Origin: a virus
Lineage: Duplodnaviria; Caudoviricetes
Direction: 5' to 3' (one strand)
IMG/VR virus record: IMGVR_UViG_3300028602_000002
Coordinates: 32,001 to 96,000 of that record
DNA: 64,000 nt
Part shown: piece by piece, positions 57,179-64,000 of the stretch
How positions within the stretch are numbered: the stretch's first letter is position 1
Layout of the letters: each line of letters starts with the position of its first letter
Notes under the pieces: generated by a model
What the model saw: the letters and a program-made list of their open reading frames with translations, nothing else
What the model was told of the DNA's origin: nothing
The model's database searches: none
Made by a program: the position numbers and the translations under genes

Positions 57179-57721
57179 TCAAAATAACCAATCAATGAAA
57201 GGTTTTCCTTTATATTGTTTATTCCAAATGAACCAAGCAAAAGCCATCTTACTTCCAGTCATTGGTTCTCCCTCTTTTAACATAATAACTCTTTTAGAAA
57301 AAACATAAACCTTCTCTAAAGTATTTTCTTCTTTGAAGAAAACATATCTGCTTTGTGCTTCTAAGAAAGCTAATCTAAGTAAGAGACAAATTTTTTGATC
57401 AGCTAAAGTTAAACAATGTTTTACTAAATCTAAAATTTTCCTTCCATAAGGTGGATTAGTAATTAAATTATTAGCTTGAATACCTTCTAAGGAAAAAATG
57501 TCCACTCCGCCATTTCCATAAATTCCCTCTGGTCTTAAATCTGAGGAAATAACTTGATATCCAGAGGCTTCAAGCACTTTACTAATCGCTCCATTTCCAC
57601 TACATGGTTCTAAAATAGTTCCTTCAAATTTCTCTACTTCTAATAGTTTATCTACTGCATATTTAGGAGTTTCATAGAAATCAAAAGGAACACTATTAGT
57701 TCTACTATCTGCATAAGCCAT
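57179..57721 (-). CDS. Small phage DNA adenine methyltransferase
   Basis: DFYETP, LEPCSGNG, ITNPPY, LLRLAFLE, AWFIW. Confidence 0.85.
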   Translation of the reverse strand: MAYADSRTNSVPFDFYETPKYAVDKLLEVEKFEGTILEPCSGNGAISKVLEASGYQVISSDLRPEGIYGNGGVDIFSLEGIQANNLITNPPYGRKILDLVKHCLTLADQKICLLLRLAFLEAQSRYVFFKEENTLEKVYVFSKRVIMLKEGEPMTGSKMAFAWFIWNKQYKGKPFIDWLF

Positions 57722-57723
57722 TG

Positions 57724-57960
57724 TTATTCAACCTTCGTTATATCTTCTGACATTACAGTAATTGTATTTTTATTATTTACATAAATACTGCAAATAAAGT
57801 CTGGCGGAGTTGTCTCAAATGTTTTTACTATTTCTCCTCTTGAACCTCTCACTTTAAAAGTATTTGTTTCAATAGTTATTTGAGTTAATATTCCTCTAAC
57901 TCCTCTAAAATCTCCATTACAAACAATTACTTCTCTACCAATTAAGTTATCTTTCTCCAT
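57724..57960 (-). CDS. Hypothetical protein
   Basis: ORF with GGAGTGA RBS. Confidence 0.55.
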   Translation of the reverse strand: MEKDNLIGREVIVCNGDFRGVRGILTQITIETNTFKVRGSRGEIVKTFETTPPDFICSIYVNNKNTITVMSEDITKVE

Positions 57961-57966
57961 TGAATC

Positions 57967-58446
57967 TCACTCCTTATATTTACTAATTTGATATTTAGCT
58001 AATTCATCAACTTTATCATTCAACTCATTCCCAGAATGTCCTTTAACTTTTATAACTTCTAATTTAATTAATGGATTATCGACAAATAAAAGAATTTCTT
58101 CCCATAAGTCTTGATTTTTAACGGGTTCTTTTTTAGCATTTTTCCATCCATTGTATCGCCATTTCTTATACCACTCATCCTTAATACAGTTACTTAAATA
58201 AGCACTGTCTGTATATAATTTTATTTTAATAGATTCATTTTCCAAGTGTTGGAACACAGCTTCTTGTAACCCTTCTATAGCGGCTTTTAATTCCATTCTT
58301 TGATTTGTTGTATTTTTTTCTCCTCCGCTTTGTGATATGCCAGTTTTACTAACACCCATTTCTTCTACATAAAAAATATATGCCCAACCTCCAGGCCCAG
58401 GGTTCCCGCTACATGCTCCATCTGTATATAAAATTATTGTTTTCAT
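57967..58446 (-). CDS. rnhA: Ribonuclease HI
   Basis: YTDGACSGNPGPGGW, TNQRMEL, TDSAY, VKNQDLW, VKGHSG..N..VD.LA. Confidence 0.95.
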   Translation of the reverse strand: MKTIILYTDGACSGNPGPGGWAYIFYVEEMGVSKTGISQSGGEKNTTNQRMELKAAIEGLQEAVFQHLENESIKIKLYTDSAYLSNCIKDEWYKKWRYNGWKNAKKEPVKNQDLWEEILLFVDNPLIKLEVIKVKGHSGNELNDKVDELAKYQISKYKE

Positions 58447-58455
58447 TATTGCCTC

Positions 58456-60171
58456 CTAAAATCCAAAGCTAGACTTTTCTTCTTTAATATTATAATCACT
58501 TACGATTAGCTGATAAGTAACTCTATCTCGCCAGATATTAATATCACATCTACCTATAACATCAATAGATAAAGGAGACTGATATTGTTTTATTCTATTG
58601 CTATCAGCATTAAATATAACATAATCAATTCCATTACTACTAAACTTAACATGAGTTTTATTCTGACCCATAAACTTAATATCTTCAGGAAAAACTTTTA
58701 TATCCTTTACAACAATAAATGGTTCATCAAATCCTTTACCCCATAAAGGTCTAAGATTTGATATTTGTTTTATAATATCTGGAGTTATTTCAGATGATTT
58801 AAATTCAAAATCTACTCTATATAAATCTATAAAATCAGTTTCTTCAAAATTCTTATTGCAGTAATCTAAGAATTTATCTATATTATCTTCTTTAATCTTA
58901 GCTCCAAAAGCTGATTGATGTCCTTCAGCAAATTCAAAAAGCTCCGTACTATTTAATAAATCTTTTAAGTTTTCTATTTCACTTAAATTATAATTTCTAC
59001 CACTACCAGTATAGCTCTCCTCTTCATCTGAAACCAAGATTAAAACTGGTTTCTTGTATTTATGAGCTAGTTGATTAGCAGCTAATCCAACTATATTTCT
59101 ATTAGAAACTTCTGTTAAGGTAATTAACATAATAGGTTTAGATGATAAATTTTCTTCTACAATAATCTCCTCTATCTCCTGCTGTAAAATATCAACAACT
59201 CTTTTTTGTCTAGATTTGGCATTAGAACAAACTCTAGCTGCCTGTTCAGCTATTGTCTCTGTTTCATTACTAGCACCCTTTTTAGTAGAACTAACTTTTT
59301 CATCACCATTAATAAATGCCTTAAACATTAATTCTTTTTCTTCCATTGTTCCAACTCTTGTTAATGAATTAATTAGTGGTGCTATATAGAACATAATTGC
59401 AACAGTATTTATCCCAGATGATCCTATGGAATAACTTTGCTTACTAATTAGTGCCTTTAAAAAGGGATTATTAATGTTTTTTAACCCGTTGTGTATAATA
59501 TACCGATTTTCTAACTCTCTTACATCCATTGTATCAGCTATTATACCTACAGCGGCCAAATCTAAATATTTATCAGCGATTGTAGAGCCAATATTAGCGG
59601 TTAAAGCACAACAAAACTTATAAGCCATTCCAGCTCCTGATAATTGTTTATTAGGATAATTTTTAGACAATTGATTGTTAATAACAACTGCATGCTCAGA
59701 ATATTCTTTCGCTTCATGGTGATCAATAATTAAAATATCAATACCTTTTTCCGCCAAAATCTTATGCTCTTTATATTGATTACTACCCGCATCAATGACA
59801 ACTAATAATTCTGTATCATTTGGTATTCTATCTAAAATAATACCATGCTGTTTCCCTTCATGCACCATCCATTTTATATTAACTTGTGGTGACTTCTCTT
59901 TAATAAAGTTATAGAAGATTGCTGATGACGTATATCCATCAACATCACTGTCTACAATTAGAAAAATATTACTGTTTCTATTAATATGTTCAGTAAGTAA
60001 TAAAACACCTTCCTCTATATTATCTAATAGCCCCCAATGATTTAGATTATCTTCAGTTGGGGCTAAGAAATTTCTTGTCAACTTTGTATTTCTATTCTTA
60101 AATATTAAATCCCTAAAAAATGTAGGATTAAATGGGTTGTAAGTATATTCTGAAATTAATTCATATTTCAC
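58456..60171 (-). CDS. recJ: RecJ-like ssDNA exonuclease (DHH family)
   Basis: DSDVDGYTS, HG, IDHH, LSGAG, GSGR, GHQSAFG. Confidence 0.9.
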   Translation of the reverse strand: MKYELISEYTYNPFNPTFFRDLIFKNRNTKLTRNFLAPTEDNLNHWGLLDNIEEGVLLLTEHINRNSNIFLIVDSDVDGYTSSAIFYNFIKEKSPQVNIKWMVHEGKQHGIILDRIPNDTELLVVIDAGSNQYKEHKILAEKGIDILIIDHHEAKEYSEHAVVINNQLSKNYPNKQLSGAGMAYKFCCALTANIGSTIADKYLDLAAVGIIADTMDVRELENRYIIHNGLKNINNPFLKALISKQSYSIGSSGINTVAIMFYIAPLINSLTRVGTMEEKELMFKAFINGDEKVSSTKKGASNETETIAEQAARVCSNAKSRQKRVVDILQQEIEEIIVEENLSSKPIMLITLTEVSNRNIVGLAANQLAHKYKKPVLILVSDEEESYTGSGRNYNLSEIENLKDLLNSTELFEFAEGHQSAFGAKIKEDNIDKFLDYCNKNFEETDFIDLYRVDFEFKSSEITPDIIKQISNLRPLWGKGFDEPFIVVKDIKVFPEDIKFMGQNKTHVKFSSNGIDYVIFNADSNRIKQYQSPLSIDVIGRCDINIWRDRVTYQLIVSDYNIKEEKSSFGF

Positions 60172-60176
60172 ATTCT

Positions 60177-60407
60177 CTACCTCCACTCTCTACCGTGAAA
60201 AATTTTATTTTGTAGATATCCTCTAAGAGTATCTCCTAATAAACACTTTTCCTCTATTAATGGGTAAAACATTTCTGTTAAAATCATTACTTCTACTGTT
60301 GATATCATATGAGAATTACAAAAATTTATAATTGGTAAGCAATCTGCAATATAATCATCTTGTTGAGTGCTTGGTAAGTTTTTAAATTCTTCTAATGAAA
60401 TCTTCAA
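60177..60407 (-). CDS. Hypothetical protein
   Basis: AAGGAGG RBS, TTG start. Confidence 0.6.
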   Translation of the reverse strand: MKISLEEFKNLPSTQQDDYIADCLPIINFCNSHMISTVEVMILTEMFYPLIEEKCLLGDTLRGYLQNKIFHGREWR

Positions 60408-60423
60408 TAATATTCCTCCTTTA

Positions 60424-61500
60424 CTAAAATGTGTTAAGAAAAGTTCTAACTTCTACTTTTGATTTAATTAATTGATCAAAGATATCCTTACCCTGATCAA
60501 CAGGAGCATCTTTAATGGGTAGTAAATTGTTTTTATCAACTATAATAAAAGTCTTAACATAAGAACAAAATCTTTTAGCTATATCTCTGATTCTTATAAT
60601 ACTTTCATTCTTCCCTCCATGTTTATATGGTTCACTTTTATCAAAAGCTATAATCACTTCATCAACATACTTTGTAATTAACTTTCTTTGATACTCTGAA
60701 ACTTTATCGCCACAGACTGCGACACTAAAATTATGTCCAGGATAGAATGTTTCCATTTTCAAAACACTTTTCTCACCTTCAAAAATTATAGCTCTTCTAA
60801 GATTCTTAATAGTATTTAAATTTTCTTTTATACCATATAAGTTATAACTTAAAGGATGTGAATATACTGTTCCCTCTATCTTAACTGGCACATATTTCAT
60901 ACCTTTATCAATTACTTCTTGATTTAAGTTTCGACAGCGAATTCCAACTAAAGTATTATTTATATCATAGTGTGGAATGATAATTCTATTATTGAATGAA
61001 TCAAAAAGTATGCCAAATCTTTCCATAGCTTTCTTAGAAATTCCTTCTTCAATCCAAGAGACATGGTATTTCTTCTGATAAATATTAAGAACTACAGGAT
61101 CAAAAGTATTTAATTCAATATTGGAAGAAGGTGGTTTTCTGTATCGGTTGATAAACTCCCAATCTGAAATTCTTTCATCACTTTGAATCTTACTTTCAAA
61201 AGGAGCAAATCCAGTAAATTGTTGTATAAAGAAAACAGCCTCTGTAAAACTTACCTTTTTGACTTTCTCTACTAATTCATAAATATCAAATGTTTTCTGA
61301 CATTCTGTATAACAAGAGAATAATTTAGAATTATCATAATAATATAATTTATAACTACCGCCGACAAAGTTATGGCAAATAGTTTGAAAAACTAAATTCC
61401 CTTTATTGTCTATCCTTGGTGCATCACTACCCAAGTGACAGACAATTTTAGTTACATCATCAACGGTTAATGCCTGTTTTAATTGGTCTTTATTTATCAC
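60424..61500 (-). CDS. DNA primase (zinc finger + TOPRIM)
   Basis: TICHN..CYTEC, IIIPH, IFEGEKS, IAFDK, KDAP. Confidence 0.85.
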   Translation of the reverse strand: MINKDQLKQALTVDDVTKIVCHLGSDAPRIDNKGNLVFQTICHNFVGGSYKLYYYDNSKLFSCYTECQKTFDIYELVEKVKKVSFTEAVFFIQQFTGFAPFESKIQSDERISDWEFINRYRKPPSSNIELNTFDPVVLNIYQKKYHVSWIEEGISKKAMERFGILFDSFNNRIIIPHYDINNTLVGIRCRNLNQEVIDKGMKYVPVKIEGTVYSHPLSYNLYGIKENLNTIKNLRRAIIFEGEKSVLKMETFYPGHNFSVAVCGDKVSEYQRKLITKYVDEVIIAFDKSEPYKHGGKNESIIRIRDIAKRFCSYVKTFIIVDKNNLLPIKDAPVDQGKDIFDQLIKSKVEVRTFLNTF

Positions 61501-61527
61501 AACAGGGAAGTGATACCTCCCTTCCTA

Positions 61528-63063
61528 TTACTCAGTAACTTCAATATTTAATGATTGTACAGGTATTAATGTATAGTCGTTCTTAGTAACAAATAAGTTT
61601 TTTAGACGACAAGTGCCTAAATCAACATAGCTCCAAACTTTAACACCTTGGTAAGGACTTCTTCTCAGTTTATAAATATGAAACACAAGATTTGGTTGCT
61701 CAACTAATTCAAATCCTTTTTCTAATATTGGTTTTAAAGCATCTAAGTCTTCTTTGGTTGGCTTTAAAGCTATCATTCCCACGTCTAATTTATCAGCTAT
61801 TGCTTTTGCCCCCCTTAATATGTTCTGATTAGCTGTCTTCCTACTCTCCCAATCACCAGATACCTGAGTAGATGTGTACATAAAAATACCAAGCTCATTA
61901 CATAACTCTTTTAAGTTGGTAGAAAACATATGAAGAATATTATCCTCTCTTAACCTAATTCCACCTGCTTCTTTACCAACTTCAGCCAACATTTTCATAG
62001 TTGTATGCAAATAGTCAAAGAAGAAGTAACGAATCTTATTATTTAAGAAATACCTTTTAACAGTATTTTCTATATCTTGGTATGAAAAATTAGGTAGATA
62101 TTCAATCCACAACTGACCTTTCTGTAATACTTTTATTGCATAGTCTACTCTTGCTTCTTCGTCACCGCTATATTCTCCATCTAAAATTTTTGTTTCATTA
62201 ACCCCTGAAAGAAAAGCTAGTAAAGGAGTTTGAACTTCATCCATTTCAAGTTCTGTAGTAATAAAAAGAGTGGGACTAGCAATACCATTCTTTACCCATC
62301 TATTTAACTCAGTACTATAGATCTCATTAGTGCCTAAATTACAAGCATCTCCAAGAGCAAGTCTAGTTTTACCTACAGAAGTTGGTGCACTTCTCATATA
62401 CAACTTCTTAAGGCGGGCACCTCTTGTGATCATATTCATAATCCCACCACGAAGTGGAAGACCTATCTCTGGGTTTTCTTTTAACTCTTCTTTTAATTCA
62501 ACAATTCCCTCAGCAGCATGTTGACCAGCTGTTCCATGATGTAGTAAGAATTTTCCTTTTATGTCTACTATTTTTTTATCAATCTCTTCTGTAATTTGTG
62601 TCAGACTTAAGGAATCAAACCTTTCCTGCATTAGTTCTTGTCTTCTTAAATCTACTTCTTTTTCACTATAAATATGATCAATATTTATTCCACTTTCTTG
62701 ATAACTTCTTAACAATGAAAATTTCTTTACTCTGTCATAAACATAATTAAAATTTGTTATATCAGCTGAGTCTTTAGCTGCCTGCAAGTATTCAATCCCG
62801 TTATTTTCTACAAAAACCTGATACTGTAAATTATATTTTGATAAGTAATTATCAATCATTACATAATCTATACTTGTAATTCCTTCATTCCATAAGTTAT
62901 AAATAGAGGCAAATATAATTTTATGAAACTTTTCAGGAAAATCTTCCTTAGTTAAATTATACTTTGTAGTATTATTTAGTAGATTTGGTTTTTGTAATAG
63001 ACACCCAATTACAAGGAAGATAGAGCGTTTATCTACTAAACTCAAATTATTCACTCCATTCAA
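61528..63063 (-). CDS. DnaB-like replicative helicase
   Basis: SAPTSVGKTR, ITTE, FFDY, STQ, RGAKAIADK.D. Confidence 0.9.
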   Translation of the reverse strand: MNGVNNLSLVDKRSIFLVIGCLLQKPNLLNNTTKYNLTKEDFPEKFHKIIFASIYNLWNEGITSIDYVMIDNYLSKYNLQYQVFVENNGIEYLQAAKDSADITNFNYVYDRVKKFSLLRSYQESGINIDHIYSEKEVDLRRQELMQERFDSLSLTQITEEIDKKIVDIKGKFLLHHGTAGQHAAEGIVELKEELKENPEIGLPLRGGIMNMITRGARLKKLYMRSAPTSVGKTRLALGDACNLGTNEIYSTELNRWVKNGIASPTLFITTELEMDEVQTPLLAFLSGVNETKILDGEYSGDEEARVDYAIKVLQKGQLWIEYLPNFSYQDIENTVKRYFLNNKIRYFFFDYLHTTMKMLAEVGKEAGGIRLREDNILHMFSTNLKELCNELGIFMYTSTQVSGDWESRKTANQNILRGAKAIADKLDVGMIALKPTKEDLDALKPILEKGFELVEQPNLVFHIYKLRRSPYQGVKVWSYVDLGTCRLKNLFVTKNDYTLIPVQSLNIEVTE

Positions 63064-63082
63064 AAAAATTCTCCTTCAAATC

Positions 63083-63589
63083 TTAAAGACCAGTTATGTC
63101 TATGGTTTTATTTATTCTATATTTTTTCTGTTTAGTAGGATCTTTAATAGTAACAGTTTTTTCTACAACTGGAGTTTCTTTTAAAGCGTCTAAACTTTCA
63201 GATACTTGATTTTTCATCATATAGTATTTTTTCGCTTCTTCATATACATAAGGAACAATTCCAATTCCACCTTGAGCTTTTGAAATAAGATTACCTTTTA
63301 ACTCAAAGAAGTATTCTAATGTTAATTGAATACCCTTATACTTATACCCATAATCTTCTGTATAAGTTTTTATTTGTTTTAATATTCTAGCATCTATTTT
63401 CTTATTTAGTAATTTTTCTATATAAGCTAATAATTCTCTTCTATCTGAATCTGTTTTACTTTTTTCTCCTAAATTAAGTTTATGACATTCCTCATGCCAG
63501 TATCTCCCTTTATCATAGATAAATTGTTCACTACTTCTTCTGAAGTATTGATTACAATAAGGGCATTTAACAGGACGGTCAGAGCTCAT
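63083..63589 (-). CDS. Zinc-finger replication-module protein
   Basis: CPYC...H..C, GIGIVPYVY; upstream of the helicase as in SPbeta-like phages. Confidence 0.6.
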   Translation of the reverse strand: MSSDRPVKCPYCNQYFRRSSEQFIYDKGRYWHEECHKLNLGEKSKTDSDRRELLAYIEKLLNKKIDARILKQIKTYTEDYGYKYKGIQLTLEYFFELKGNLISKAQGGIGIVPYVYEEAKKYYMMKNQVSESLDALKETPVVEKTVTIKDPTKQKKYRINKTIDITGL

Positions 63590-63617
63590 TTCAATCCCTC
63601 CTAAGAGAGAATTAAGT

Positions 63618-63652
63618 AAAAAAAAAGGGACTTTACTTTTAATAAAGCCCCT
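63618..63652 (-). terminator. Rho-independent terminator
   Basis: On the - strand AGGGGCTTTA..TAAAGTCCCT followed by a T run. Confidence 0.7.
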
Positions 63653-63675
63653 CTTCTCTCTAATTAAATTTATAG

Positions 63676-64000
63676 CTATTGAGATAGAAGGTTATTCAGC
63701 TCTTCGTTGATTACATCAATAATGTCTGTGTTCTTATCATCAAGCTCACCAACTCTTTTGCCTTTTCCTATGTATTTCTCAATAACTTTTTCAATTTCTT
63801 TTTGATTCTTTGGATCTTTTTCCATTAATACACTGGTAATTTCAACGAATCGATCCATAACTTCTTCATAATTTTTTAATTCATCTGAATATACTGAACT
63901 TTTTTCATCAGTAACACTATCATGATTTTGTTGTGCTTGCTTATCAACAGCATCAGCAATAGCATTAACTAAATTATCATAGGTAAATTCAATATAATTA
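63676..64000 (-). CDS. C-terminal part of a gene running off the window edge (possibly a YorG-like ATPase)
   Basis: Frame open to 64000 (YIEFTYDNLVNAIADAVDKQA...); synteny with the helicase cluster. Confidence 0.55.
   Translation of the reverse strand, partial: NYIEFTYDNLVNAIADAVDKQAQQNHDSVTDEKSSVYSDELKNYEEVMDRFVEITSVLMEKDPKNQKEIEKVIEKYIGKGKRVGELDDKNTDIIDVINEELNNLLSQ

Noticed and set aside
8273-60408. Many TTG starts are preceded by A (ATTG)
   Set aside because: Spacers are A-rich and ATG starts are also commonly preceded by A; no evidence of a special signal
4012-62524. Short antisense or out-of-frame ORFs in the track (e.g. 9021-9329, 14414-14785, 38252-38650, 45675-45941, 62330-62524)
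   Set aside because: They are shadows of long genes with clear motifs and lack RBSs or recognisable features
48307-63063. Inteins or introns in RNR, DnaE or helicase
   Set aside because: Proteins are of normal length with continuous motifs; no intein splice motifs or LAGLIDADG insert seen
1-64000. tRNA/rRNA genes, integrase or alternative genetic code
   Set aside because: No cloverleaf or rRNA-like segment in the short intergenic gaps and no integrase motif. Genes translate full length in code 11, with all three stop codons used.

Overview
This is a 64 kb segment of a large, AT-rich tailed phage infecting a Firmicute (probably Clostridia-like). Its gene order resembles SPbeta-type siphoviruses. 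The + strand (1-45264) carries thymidine kinase, a ~7 kb glycan synthesis/decoration island, a GIY-YIG endonuclease and collagen-like fibre genes. It continues with terminase, portal, protease/scaffold, capsid, connectors, two tail-tube paralogues, a split tape measure gene, a Dit with nested insertions, Tal, modular GLUG-type fibre genes and a lysis cassette (amidase plus a papain-SPOR protein). The - strand (45689-64000) carries replication and nucleotide metabolism genes: RuvC, dUTPase, 5'-nucleotidase, ThyX, class II RNR, a kinase, DnaE, two DNA methyltransferases, RNase H, RecJ, primase and helicase. The two arms converge on a non-coding region with a ~100 bp duplicated element. The best candidate for an undescribed system is the glycosylation/pyruvylation/methylation island next to the collagen fibre genes, which may build a glycan coat on the virion. 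Other notable signals are apparent ATT/ATC/ATA start codons, a nested (Russian-doll) distal tail protein and a cassette-like fibre locus. All functional calls come from motif recognition by eye; no searches were run.
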